Shown: positions 39,896 through 49,349 of the stretch, piece after piece
Layout of the letters: each line of letters begins with the position of its first letter
Numbering within the stretch: the stretch's first letter is position 1
Source: an uncultured Candidatus Poseidoniales archaeon
GTDB lineage: Archaea; Thermoplasmatota; Poseidoniia; Poseidoniales; Thalassarchaeaceae
Reading direction: 5' to 3'
NCBI GenBank assembly: GCA_963990035.1
Contig: CAXDMJ010000002.1
Span: 3,441-67,440 of the forward strand
DNA: 64,000 bases
Program-made: the position numbers and the translations under genes
Notes under the pieces: generated by a model
What the model saw: the letters and a program-made list of their open reading frames with translations, nothing else
The model's database searches: none
What the model was told of the DNA's origin: nothing

Positions 39896-42267
39896 TTTTC
39901 CACCTCCTCTTTATCTGCAACCATGAGTTTATTGAACCATATTCCTACCTTACTCGGTTCATTGGCTATATGTTCATTAGAATCTTTTAATGTTGGAAGA
40001 TCGTACCATTCTCCATTTTCAAACCTACCAAATGATGGAGTAGGTGGTGGGGATTCAGTCATCCACTCGAAGGACCATCCACCCCATGGGTCTGCAGGAG
40101 CTTTTTCGCCTCTAACTAATGATATAATCATGTTAGCGACCATAAGGAAATTCGATAGGAAGAACAAAATTGCACATACTGTGATGAACATATTCCATCC
40201 TGCAGCTTCTGGGGGGAGTGCTCCAATGACGGCTTCAGTAATCAACTCGCCTTCAACTCCTCTAACTTCATCCACTGATATGAAATATGTATGATGTCTT
40301 CTAGCCATGCCCCATACTCCAAGTCTATGCATAGGCCAGAATATTCCATTGTAAGTTATGAACGCAGTTAGGAAATGAAGGACCCCTAATCTCTCATCTA
40401 ACATTCTTCCAGACATCTTGGGGAACCAATAGTAAATTGCAGAGAAGAATCCGAAAACAGTTCCACCTACCAATACATAGTGGAAATGAGCAACTACGAA
40501 ATATGATTCATGGAAATGTAGATCCATAGCCATTGATGGGAAGAACATTCCCGAAATTCCACCTAATGTGAAGGTAACTAAGAATCCTAGAGCCCAGAGT
40601 GTATGTGTTCTATAGACCAAAGAACCTCCATTCATCGTCATTAACCAATTGAATATTTTTATTCCCGTGGGTACTGCTACAAGCATTGTAGTTAGCATGG
40701 TTACGAATCTTAGAGTAGGATCCATTCCAGAAGTAAACATATGATGACCATAAACAATGAAGGAAACGACTCCAATACCTGCCATTGCATAAACCATTGA
40801 TCGGTATCCAAAGACAGAGCGTCTCGCACTAGTCGCAATTACTTCAGATATAACTCCAAATGCAGGTACAATGACAACGTAAACTTCAGGATGTCCGAAG
40901 TACCAGAATAAATGACTCCAAAGAAGAGGGTCTCCTCCAGATGCGGCATCATAGAATGCAGTTCCAATCACTCTATCTAGATATACTTGTATCAATCCTA
41001 CTCCGAATGCAGGAATAGAAAGGAATAGCATTAGATTAGCTACAAGTATCGACCAAGTGAACAAAGGCATTTGCATCCAACCCATTCCTGGGGCTCTCAT
41101 TACTGCGATCGTTGTTAGGAAATTTATTCCAGTTAATGTAGAAGATGCAACAAGTAAAATTTGTCCAGCTACCCACATTGTAGTCCCTACATGTGCAGTT
41201 TCACTGACGATATAAGGGGCATAACCAGTCCATCCAGTATCTGCTCCAGTACCTGAAAATACACCTGTAAATATTAGTATTGCAGCAACTGGCTGTAACC
41301 AGAATGACATTGCATTTAGTCTTGGTAAAGCTAAATCTGGAGCACCAATTTGTAGAGGAACCATCCAATTTGCAAATCCATTAATCAGCGGCATAGCTGC
41401 TAAGAAAATCATTGTAGTTCCATGTAGGGTAAAGAATTGATTGTATTGATCTTGAGTTAAGAAATCATTACCCGGAACTGCCAATTGTATTCTTATTAGA
41501 ATAGCCATAATCCCCCCTATCCCTAGGAAGAATAAACCTGCAACGAAATATAAAGTTCCAACTTTCTTATGATCGGTTGTTGTCAACCATCCTGCAACCC
41601 ATGGTGCAAAATTTTCCCAATCAAAAGAATCAGGGTTGTTCTGATAGAATATGAAAGTTAATACAATTAATAATAATACAAAGCTAACTATAATTAGAGT
41701 TGTTAATACCGTATATGGATTTGCTTGTTCTAATACGACGATTGGCGAAGATATCTGAATGCTTAGTCGATTCCATTCATCTCCGCTTGTACCTCCCTCT
41801 GGACTTCCTGCATTTCCATTAACTGAATTAGTATGGAGGATAAATTCGACATTTCTATCGTTAGCTGGGGCGGTCCATTGTAATGTCCAATTAGTTTGGT
41901 CATTACCTGCATCTGTATGGGATGCCTCGTTTGGATTCCATGTTTGAACCGATGCATCATTAACAGTAATAGTTCCATCACTAACCCATAGATTAAATCC
42001 ACCTTGATTAATATTAGAAGGATCTGCAGGTCCTCCTGTGAAACCGATATCTAGAGTATAGACTTCAGAATAATTGTATGTGCCAGGTAATCCTACCAAA
42101 GTTGGAACTACCGAATCACTTGTTACAGCACCGTGACAGTTACATCCTGAATCTTTTACTCCTGCCACACCAGTTGGTAGAGATGTAACTGACGGAATTG
42201 CAACCATCCCAATTAGGAGCACAACAAAAATCACTAAAGTTCTAGATGCTATTTTTTCTCTATTCAT
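39892..42267 (-). CDS. coxA: Cytochrome c oxidase subunit I (heme-copper oxidase, A-type) with a ~190-aa N-terminal extracellular extension
   Basis: 'LFWYFGHPEVYVVIVPAFGVISEVI', 'HHMFT' and 'FFGHP' cover the CuB and heme ligands. The N-terminal 190 aa have a signal anchor and a Ser/Thr/Asn-rich domain containing 'GCNCHG'. Confidence 0.9.
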   Translation of the reverse strand: MNREKIASRTLVIFVVLLIGMVAIPSVTSLPTGVAGVKDSGCNCHGAVTSDSVVPTLVGLPGTYNYSEVYTLDIGFTGGPADPSNINQGGFNLWVSDGTITVNDASVQTWNPNEASHTDAGNDQTNWTLQWTAPANDRNVEFILHTNSVNGNAGSPEGGTSGDEWNRLSIQISSPIVVLEQANPYTVLTTLIIVSFVLLLIVLTFIFYQNNPDSFDWENFAPWVAGWLTTTDHKKVGTLYFVAGLFFLGIGGIMAILIRIQLAVPGNDFLTQDQYNQFFTLHGTTMIFLAAMPLINGFANWMVPLQIGAPDLALPRLNAMSFWLQPVAAILIFTGVFSGTGADTGWTGYAPYIVSETAHVGTTMWVAGQILLVASSTLTGINFLTTIAVMRAPGMGWMQMPLFTWSILVANLMLFLSIPAFGVGLIQVYLDRVIGTAFYDAASGGDPLLWSHLFWYFGHPEVYVVIVPAFGVISEVIATSARRSVFGYRSMVYAMAGIGVVSFIVYGHHMFTSGMDPTLRFVTMLTTMLVAVPTGIKIFNWLMTMNGGSLVYRTHTLWALGFLVTFTLGGISGMFFPSMAMDLHFHESYFVVAHFHYVLVGGTVFGFFSAIYYWFPKMSGRMLDERLGVLHFLTAFITYNGIFWPMHRLGVWGMARRHHTYFISVDEVRGVEGELITEAVIGALPPEAAGWNMFITVCAILFFLSNFLMVANMIISLVRGEKAPADPWGGWSFEWMTESPPPTPSFGRFENGEWYDLPTLKDSNEHIANEPSKVGIWFNKLMVADKEEVEN

Positions 42268-42279
42268 TTTATCCCCCCT

Positions 42280-43071
42280 CTAACTATGTACTGAAACAAC
42301 TGCAGCCATCAGTGAATGCGCATCTCCACAGTATTCTGTACAAAGAATCAATGATTCACTGACTTCTGTCATAGGAAGCCACATTGTTGTTTTCTGTCCT
42401 TGCAACACATCTTCTTTTGTGCTTAATTGTAAGAACCAAGGTGAATGTGTAACATCTTCAGATTCCATAACTAACAAATATGTTTCTCCAGCCTTTAGGT
42501 TGATTACTGGTTGCATACCGTAACCTTCTACCATTTGACTCGAGACGGCGCATAAATCAGCACTTAGATTGAAATCTCTTTGAGTCCATTCCTCTCCTAA
42601 ATTCGGATCGCAATCAAATGACCAGAACCATTGTTGTCCAACTATTTCAATAACATGATAACATTCAGAGTTTACAAATCCTGTATCCGCATAAAATATA
42701 TTTGCCGAAGATTCTCCTTCTAAGCACTCATCCCCACGAGCATCAGAACCTGGTTCTGCCCATACGTGATCCAACGGAGCCCATGAGATATATGTCAAAT
42801 AAATAATTAAGAGAAACGGTAAAACAGTCCAAGCAACTTCTAATCTTAAATCATCATTATGTTTTGGGAAAACGCCGACTTCAATCTCATCAATATTTGG
42901 TGCATTTTCGCCATCCTTAGAGCGGTATGAAAAAGAGTGATGATACAGCCATCCGAAGGTAAATCCACCCACTAACAATGACCAAAGAATATACTCGTCC
43001 CAAAGTACGTTGAAGAGAGGGGATGTCACAGCCATGGTAATCTCGTTTCGCTGCGAGTGAAACACACTCAT
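42280..43071 (-). CDS. coxB: Cytochrome c oxidase subunit II (CuA)
   Basis: 'QQWFWSF' plus the CuA ligands 'H...CTEYCGDAHSLM'. Confidence 0.9.
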   Translation of the reverse strand: MSVFHSQRNEITMAVTSPLFNVLWDEYILWSLLVGGFTFGWLYHHSFSYRSKDGENAPNIDEIEVGVFPKHNDDLRLEVAWTVLPFLLIIYLTYISWAPLDHVWAEPGSDARGDECLEGESSANIFYADTGFVNSECYHVIEIVGQQWFWSFDCDPNLGEEWTQRDFNLSADLCAVSSQMVEGYGMQPVINLKAGETYLLVMESEDVTHSPWFLQLSTKEDVLQGQKTTMWLPMTEVSESLILCTEYCGDAHSLMAAVVSVHS

Positions 43072-43158
43072 AAGTTTCGCGGATAGTCGTACTTGGTTAC
43101 TGCTGAGAGGCAGCCATTAGAATAACTTCTAAACTACCCTTAACTACATTATAATTAG

Positions 43159-43458
43159 ATGTCACAGCTATGGTTGGAAGATTCTGGCGATGATTGTATA
43201 ATCTTAGTTCAGATTCAGCCAAATTCAAGTCAAAATCAAATATTAGGTGTAGGGGAATGGCGAGGCCGCCTTAGATTATCGATAATTGGTCCTCCAATTT
43301 CTGGTAAAGCTAATTCAGAATTATTAGAATTACTGTCTTCTTGGCTATCTATCAACAAGGCAGATATTTCAATTGTAAAAGGTCATAAGAGCCGTAAGAA
43401 ATCTATTCGAGTAAAGAATGTTAAATCTGATCAAATAATGTTTTTATTAGGTGAATAA
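43159..43458 (+). CDS. DUF167/YggU-family protein
   Basis: 99 aa with 'GEWRGRLRLSIIGPPISGKANSELLELLSSWL...VKGHKSRKKSI', matching the UPF0235 pattern. Confidence 0.65.
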   Translation: MSQLWLEDSGDDCIILVQIQPNSSQNQILGVGEWRGRLRLSIIGPPISGKANSELLELLSSWLSINKADISIVKGHKSRKKSIRVKNVKSDQIMFLLGE

Positions 43459-43460
43459 AT

Positions 43461-43931
43461 ATGTCCTCTAAAGAATTCTCTAATACAAATGAGCAACGAT
43501 TTATAATTATTGCAAAAGCCATTAAAGAATCAATTATCCGTAATCGTAGAATTGATCAAGACGGTGCTGATTGCACAGTCCTCGTCGAAGGAATAAAAGA
43601 TGTAAAATGTCTCCGAGAATTTGGTTTTTCTGGAAGAATTGAAACAATTAATAAAGGGTGGGATAAATCTCGAATGGTTGCATATTTATATGAAGAATTT
43701 GGTTCCGATTTAGCAATTGATGGTTTGCCTAAAATAATATTATTAATGGATTGGGATAGGACAGGAGAAATACTTCAAAAATCTCTTACTGAACGCTTAG
43801 AATCATTAGATATGAGAGTGGATAATCGGCTTCGATTAATATTATCTAAACAACTTAAATCAGAATGTCGTACAGTAGAATCAATTAGTACATATGTGGG
43901 CCTTATTCAACAAATAATCTCCGAATTATAA
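43461..43931 (+). CDS. Small Toprim-domain protein
   Basis: 'VLVEGIKDVKCL' (conserved Glu) and 'LLMDWDRTGE' (DxD). It starts 2 nt after the DUF167 gene. Confidence 0.6.
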   Translation: MSSKEFSNTNEQRFIIIAKAIKESIIRNRRIDQDGADCTVLVEGIKDVKCLREFGFSGRIETINKGWDKSRMVAYLYEEFGSDLAIDGLPKIILLMDWDRTGEILQKSLTERLESLDMRVDNRLRLILSKQLKSECRTVESISTYVGLIQQIISEL

Positions 43932-43935
43932 CTTT

Positions 43936-44382
43936 TTATTCTGGTAATGTTGCTGTTTTTTCTTTGACTGTATTCAATACTAGGTGTGTAATTGATCTTT
44001 CAACACCATCCACTGATAATACATTTTTAGATAAATCATCTAAATCTTTTCTGTTTTTCGCCCTAGCTATAATCATCGAGTCAAAGTCTCCAGTTACATC
44101 ATATACACCATAGACTCGAGAATCTTTTGCAATTTTTTCTTGTATTTCAATGAGTCTTCCTTTTTCAATTCTCAGACCAATTACAACATTTAACTCCCAA
44201 CCGATTTGATCCGGATTAAGAATAACTGAGTATCCTCTTATTACCCCCCTTTTCTCCATTTTTTTCACTCTATTCGAAACAGTTCCGAGTGAAACATTAA
44301 CAAGTTCAGAAATCTTTCTTAGTGAGGTTCTAGCATCTTTTTCGAGTACTCGAATTATTTTTTGATCTATTTCATCTAACAA
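43936..44382 (-). CDS. lrp: Lrp/AsnC-family transcriptional regulator
   Basis: An HTH 'TSLRKISELVNVSLGTVSNRVKKMEKRGVIRGY' plus a RAM domain. Confidence 0.85.
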   Translation of the reverse strand: MLDEIDQKIIRVLEKDARTSLRKISELVNVSLGTVSNRVKKMEKRGVIRGYSVILNPDQIGWELNVVIGLRIEKGRLIEIQEKIAKDSRVYGVYDVTGDFDSMIIARAKNRKDLDDLSKNVLSVDGVERSITHLVLNTVKEKTATLPE

Positions 44383-44467
44383 ATATTCACCTAAATAATC
44401 CTCTAAGTGTAAGGTTATTGAACATATGCTATATTATTTGTAGATATTTTATTCATTTGTTTAATTC

Positions 44468-46120
44468 TCATTCTTCTTCATCTAAGATAATAGGAAGTTT
44501 TCTTTGTGCTCTTAAAACTCTTCTTTCTTGTTCAGAAATCATTAGTGATACTCGCCCCCCAATCCAAACAGGCAAACAAGTCTCTTGATTCTCTTCAAAT
44601 AATATATGCCCCCCTCTTATTTCATCTAGTTCAAGACTTATTTCGTATGCCGGGGGTTCTTTACCAGAAAGTAATTCATCAATCACTTGACTATTCACTT
44701 TAGATTTACCCAAATTAATATCTTCAATGATTTTTGGAGCAGCTCTACCTACAATCCTTTCGATTTTATTCTTCTCTAATTTTATAGCTAATAACCCTAA
44801 GTGTATGACTCTAAGAGGTCTCCAACGATTCCCTGGGATGAAAGTTCTCCCACTTCTTTTACTTCGATCTGATTGCCAAATTTCCTTAGCTTCGGGAGTT
44901 GACCAAAGTAAGTTTTTCCCTCTTTTCCATAAATCATCTTGTTTCCATCCTAATTTTTCTTCTAGCATTTCAGAAATATCAGAACCTATTGGTTGGGGGA
45001 AATTAATCTCATCAGGTTTGATATTTTCTGGTTTGAGAATACGATCAATTTCTATGTTCTTTTCTTGATAATTGGGAGATTTATGTAATGTTGCAATAAA
45101 GAAACCTCCTGCATTTACATCATCATTCCAAATTCGTGAACAATTTAGAAGCTGATCTTTGATTTCTTTTTCTGTAGGTGTACACATTGATTTTTCAACA
45201 TTAATTTCTTTACAGATATCACCCTTATCATTAAGATTAGGCCATTCTGTAAATCCTTTTTCACTAGGGACTTTAGGTATTAATTTTGAAGATGAAATTA
45301 CGGATAAGCAGTCAAAATTTCTTAAAATTTCTGCAATAACTGCTTCATTCTCAATTGGATCTAGTGAACACGTAGAGTAGACAATTCTCCCTCCGGGCTT
45401 AGTGAGATTTACCGCTCTAGTCAGTAATTCAAGCTGTAATTTATGAAGAGTACGTCCTCCTGACGGTAGCCATTTATTCCATACATCTGGATTTTTTCTT
45501 GTAGTAGCAGAACCTGTGCAAGGAGCATCTACTAGGATTTTATCAAAACCTGTTTTTGGTACTTTAGGTATGAATCTTCCATCATGATGTACTATGATTG
45601 GAGTAATAGATCCATGGCGCTTTGTATTAGCAACTAATGTGTTAATTCTACTATTCACAACTTCGTTAGCCATTACAACTCCTCTTCCCTTCAAATGCTC
45701 AGCAATTTGTGTTGTTTTAGATCCAGGACTAGCACACATATCAAGGACCAAATCACCAGGCTGTGCATCCAAAGCAATTGCAGGGATCATAGAAACAGCT
45801 TCTTGACGAGTTAATCTACCAGTTTCATGTAGTGCAGATAATATTATTTTTACATTATTTTCTGCCTTACCTCTTTCAAACGGTAGAGTCCATGCACTAC
45901 CTACTCCAGTAAACCATTCTATTTTTTGAGCACCATTTTCTTCAAGCCAATTTTCAACCCAGTCACTATCATCTCTTAGTGGATTTACTCTAACTGTTTC
46001 TGCTAATCTTTCTATGGAATAATTCAACCATTTATTTGAATCAGTTCTCCAATTACCTACTGCATTGAATAGAACGCTCTCAGAAGCAATGGTTTCCCAC
46101 GAACGCTCATCTAAACTCAT
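44468..46120 (-). CDS. NOL1/NOP2/Sun-family RNA cytosine-C5 methyltransferase
   Basis: 'VLDMCASPGSKTTQIAE', 'DAPCTGSATTRKNPD' and 'GRIVYSTCSLDPIENE' match the m5C-MTase motifs with both catalytic Cys. Confidence 0.85.
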   Translation of the reverse strand: MSLDERSWETIASESVLFNAVGNWRTDSNKWLNYSIERLAETVRVNPLRDDSDWVENWLEENGAQKIEWFTGVGSAWTLPFERGKAENNVKIILSALHETGRLTRQEAVSMIPAIALDAQPGDLVLDMCASPGSKTTQIAEHLKGRGVVMANEVVNSRINTLVANTKRHGSITPIIVHHDGRFIPKVPKTGFDKILVDAPCTGSATTRKNPDVWNKWLPSGGRTLHKLQLELLTRAVNLTKPGGRIVYSTCSLDPIENEAVIAEILRNFDCLSVISSSKLIPKVPSEKGFTEWPNLNDKGDICKEINVEKSMCTPTEKEIKDQLLNCSRIWNDDVNAGGFFIATLHKSPNYQEKNIEIDRILKPENIKPDEINFPQPIGSDISEMLEEKLGWKQDDLWKRGKNLLWSTPEAKEIWQSDRSKRSGRTFIPGNRWRPLRVIHLGLLAIKLEKNKIERIVGRAAPKIIEDINLGKSKVNSQVIDELLSGKEPPAYEISLELDEIRGGHILFEENQETCLPVWIGGRVSLMISEQERRVLRAQRKLPIILDEEE

Positions 46121-46291
46121 ATCTCAACGGTCGGCCTACTACCCATGAACCAAACGGAAGAGCATTATTGATTGTTTAAATCTCGGAAATCTCTTTTCAC
46201 TTGTAAAAACTAACTCTTAGATATTTAATTTCCATAAATAGTTATACCTTCCAACAAACCCTCAGGGGTTGCGGTAGTTTCCGCATTTGGG

Positions 46292-46654
46292 ATGCACATG
46301 ACGAGATTGAGGCGACGTATAGCGAAAGAAACAGAAGATCCAACACGAACTGATAAGGGCGGAGCATCAAGAAAACTAGCAGAATTAATGAAAAGAGCTA
46401 GAACTAATGGTGCTAAACAAGGGCCATTAGTACCTGTTGAGGCTTTGATTAATGTTGAAAAAGATGAATGGATATGGCAGGTTGTAGATAAGAGAGTACT
46501 TGATGCACTAAGCCATCGCTTGATTTTTCAGTCAGATAATGGATCTCGTCGAGAAATTCTAATGACCATGGGTCTCGAAACTGCAATGGATGCAGCATCT
46601 TGTATTGTAGAGCTCGATGGTGGCTGTGTATTGATTGAAACATTAGACCCTTGA
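46292..46654 (+). CDS. Hypothetical protein (120 aa)
   Basis: An ORF that fills an intergenic gap with a basic N-terminus. I recognise no family. Confidence 0.3.
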   Translation: MHMTRLRRRIAKETEDPTRTDKGGASRKLAELMKRARTNGAKQGPLVPVEALINVEKDEWIWQVVDKRVLDALSHRLIFQSDNGSRREILMTMGLETAMDAASCIVELDGGCVLIETLDP

Positions 46655-46739
46655 ACTATATTTCGAGGATGTTTTTGTAGTATTTCTTTGAATTCAATGA
46701 TTCGCGGCGTTGAAATACTCAATGTAGGTCGGGCAGACA

Positions 46740-46931
46740 ATGGCTAAGGACAAGAAGGGTAGTGGAATTCAGCAAGCAGCTGGTTTAATTCGTTACTTCG
46801 ACGAAGAGTCTGAAGATGCGATTCAGATTTCAAGAGGTACAATATATTTCGTTTGTATCGGGTTTTCAGTGACAATATATCTAGCTAACCATGGTGTTGT
46901 TCATTGGTTAGCAGACATGTTTGGGTTTTGA
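46740..46931 (+). CDS. secG: Preprotein translocase subunit Sec61beta (SecG, archaeal)
   Basis: 'AAGLIRYFDEESE' is the archaeal Sec61beta signature, followed by a single TM helix. 63 aa. Confidence 0.75.
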   Translation: MAKDKKGSGIQQAAGLIRYFDEESEDAIQISRGTIYFVCIGFSVTIYLANHGVVHWLADMFGF

Positions 46932-46932
46932 T

Positions 46933-47880
46933 TTATTCCAATTCGGTTAAATCAACAAACTCAATATCATTTTCTAATAAATCATCAGCGCTAATTTCAC
47001 TTTCATCATTTTGAAGTTTAATATTTTCAACTCTCATAATCATAGATTCTAATTCTGAAGACCTAACCTCAGTATCTGGTTTTGCCTCTATTAATGCAGT
47101 AACAGCCCTCCCCAAAGCTCTCTCGACTGCTGGTGCATTTCTATCTAGAAGTGCCGCTCTGGCATCCCCTATAGCAAATTTTGCTGCATCTAAGAGTTCT
47201 TCAATTTCTTTATCAGTTCCGATTAGAGATTTGATAGATTCTTCAACTATTTTTATTTCTTCTTCCATTTCATCACGTGCATATTTAACTAAATCTTGCC
47301 AGCATTGTCCATTCTCAATTATTGTAGCATTTGTTTTATTTTCAAATTTCCTTATTCTTGTTGCTTCCCATGGATTTCTACCCAATGACGCCATAATATC
47401 ATGTACGCATCTTGCTCTCAATGATAGTGGGCCTGTTAATTCAATCTGATTGTAGAAGCATTTAGAAAATAGACCAAAACCCCAATATGAGTTACTTGTT
47501 ATCTTCATTCTAAGTTCTCCCGATGCTGAACTCAATGTCCATTTCTGTTCATCATATCCAGATTGTTCAATAAGTTTAGGCGGGTCATGAGGTCCTAATG
47601 ACCTGAGAGATACATTAGCAATATCTCCAAGGAATATTTTTCTTTTCTTATTGTTCAAGCTAATCATTCGAATAAATCCTTCTTCATCGATCGCCATCTG
47701 TGGCTCTCCTGAAATTACTTGAGCGTACAGTAAACTACTATTTGGGTCACAACCAATAGGTTTTCTGGAACCAGACTGCTCTTCCACGATTATCCGTACT
47801 AATACCTGAACATCAAGTCGACTGATAAATGTATTAATTTTTGTGAAGTAATGATGGCAACTGCTAAGTCCCGTCGTCAA
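46933..47880 (-). CDS. Hypothetical protein; true start probably the internal Met at 47697 (~254 aa) with an acidic helical C-terminus
   Basis: The first 61 codons of the ORF look non-native. From 'MAIDEEGFIRMISL' onward the sequence is protein-like. I recognise no family. Confidence 0.4.
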   Translation of the reverse strand: MTTGLSSCHHYFTKINTFISRLDVQVLVRIIVEEQSGSRKPIGCDPNSSLLYAQVISGEPQMAIDEEGFIRMISLNNKKRKIFLGDIANVSLRSLGPHDPPKLIEQSGYDEQKWTLSSASGELRMKITSNSYWGFGLFSKCFYNQIELTGPLSLRARCVHDIMASLGRNPWEATRIRKFENKTNATIIENGQCWQDLVKYARDEMEEEIKIVEESIKSLIGTDKEIEELLDAAKFAIGDARAALLDRNAPAVERALGRAVTALIEAKPDTEVRSSELESMIMRVENIKLQNDESEISADDLLENDIEFVDLTELE

Positions 47881-48087
47881 AATTTATTTTCATGCCTAGG
47901 AGGAAATATGGCCGTCTCACCAAGACTGTTGAAAAACCTCCTAATGATAATTGTTCAAGATGTAGAGCAGGGAAATATTGTCCTATTATTGGCCATCATG
48001 GCAATGAGACATCTGCTAATAGGGAATGGCAAGGTCCTAAAAACATCAGTAAGAGGGATAACAAAAAGAATCCTGCAAGTAAATAAT

Positions 48088-49212
48088 TCAGTCTACTATC
48101 TGTAGATTTTCTTGAATATCTTTAGGTGAAGAATCTTCGTCAGATTCTAGTTCAGATATACTTGGAGAAGATTGTGCTCGATGATATATTTCTCTCAGAG
48201 TTTGGTCACCAATCTCTAAATATACTCTCGTAGTTGAGATATTAGCATGACCTAAAAGTCTCTGTATTGTCACTAAATCTGCCCCTCTTTCTAGTAATCC
48301 TGTAGCAAAAGAATGTCTTAGTACATGGGGGCTAAGTCTTGTTCTAGGAATATCAGAGGCATCAGCAATACGATCTAGTAGTTTCTGAACTGAGCGAGGA
48401 TTCAATCTTCTACTCCTACTTGAAAAGAATAAAGATCTTTCATCTTCTTTTCTAACGCAAGATTTTAGTCTTGCATTTCTTATTGGTCTCCAAGCATCGA
48501 GTGCGTTTAATGTGGCATTGGTGAAAAGAACCGTGCGATCTTTTTCTCCTTTCCCACCTATCACTAGTGCAGATAAATCATCCAAATCGACGTCATCTAG
48601 ATCTAAATTACAGATTTCTGAGCACCTTAATCCAGTATCTAACATCATTGTAATTATTGGAAATGCTATTGGGTCTTCTGATCGAGTAGCAGCGAGTCTT
48701 ACTTTTTTCAAATCACTCTTACCTAAAGTTCGAGGAAGAGATCTTGATCTAGCAGGTCTTTGAATCCATTCAGGTATCGAGTATCCTAACCATTTGAGTA
48801 GATGTGTTACTGCTGCGATTCTTGCATTAATAGTTGCTGGACGTAAATTTCCAATAGTGTTTAACCAAGAATCAATTCTCCCATTATTGGGATTAATTCT
48901 TGTAAATAATTCTGAAACTCGAAATTCTTTTACTACATCCCATAATTCATTTTCTTCATCCGGTAGTGATGTAATTGTATATGTTTTAGCTGCCACAACA
49001 TATGCTCTAATTGTATGTTCACTTTTCTTTTCAGTTCTTAATTGTTGGAGCCAACAATCAAACCAAGGTAATAGTGCCAATCTCTGAAGACGTTGAGGGA
49101 GATGTTTTGTATGAATTAATAATTCAGTACTATTCAAATATGGTTCTTCAGTAAGGCTTTTTAGCGCCTGAGAATTCTCCATTCTTTCATTCTGTTTAGT
49201 CAATTCCCTCAC
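48088..49212 (-). CDS. xerA: Tyrosine recombinase, XerA/XerC-D-like
   Basis: C-terminal catalytic 'HVLRHSFATGLLERGADLVTIQRLLGHANISTTRVYLEI' (R..H..R..Y). Confidence 0.85.
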   Translation of the reverse strand: MRELTKQNERMENSQALKSLTEEPYLNSTELLIHTKHLPQRLQRLALLPWFDCWLQQLRTEKKSEHTIRAYVVAAKTYTITSLPDEENELWDVVKEFRVSELFTRINPNNGRIDSWLNTIGNLRPATINARIAAVTHLLKWLGYSIPEWIQRPARSRSLPRTLGKSDLKKVRLAATRSEDPIAFPIITMMLDTGLRCSEICNLDLDDVDLDDLSALVIGGKGEKDRTVLFTNATLNALDAWRPIRNARLKSCVRKEDERSLFFSSRSRRLNPRSVQKLLDRIADASDIPRTRLSPHVLRHSFATGLLERGADLVTIQRLLGHANISTTRVYLEIGDQTLREIYHRAQSSPSISELESDEDSSPKDIQENLQIVD

Positions 49213-49349
49213 CTAATCGTCGCGAACGACGCGCATCCCATGTCCGTAAAGACAAACCTAAGATTCTCTGATTGGACTTGAATGCTTCTCTTATTCTTCA
49301 CGAAGAAATGGTTTTTCTCTTACAAACAGAGAAATGCCAATGGTAAGAA

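Noticed and set aside
42190-42210. 'CNCHG' in the CoxI N-terminal extension as a heme-c binding site
   Set aside because: CxCH is not the canonical CxxCH or CxxxCH heme-c motif. I record it only as part of the unusual extension.
43072-43158. Imperfect inverted repeat (GTGAAAC...GTTTCGC) upstream of coxB
   Set aside because: The arms are short and imperfect, so I cannot tell a regulatory site from chance.
48088-49212. Tyrosine recombinase as a marker of an integrated element or provirus
   Set aside because: I found no adjacent tRNA, flanking direct repeats or phage/plasmid genes. Its neighbours are housekeeping genes (RimK, Sec61beta), so a chromosomal XerA is more likely.
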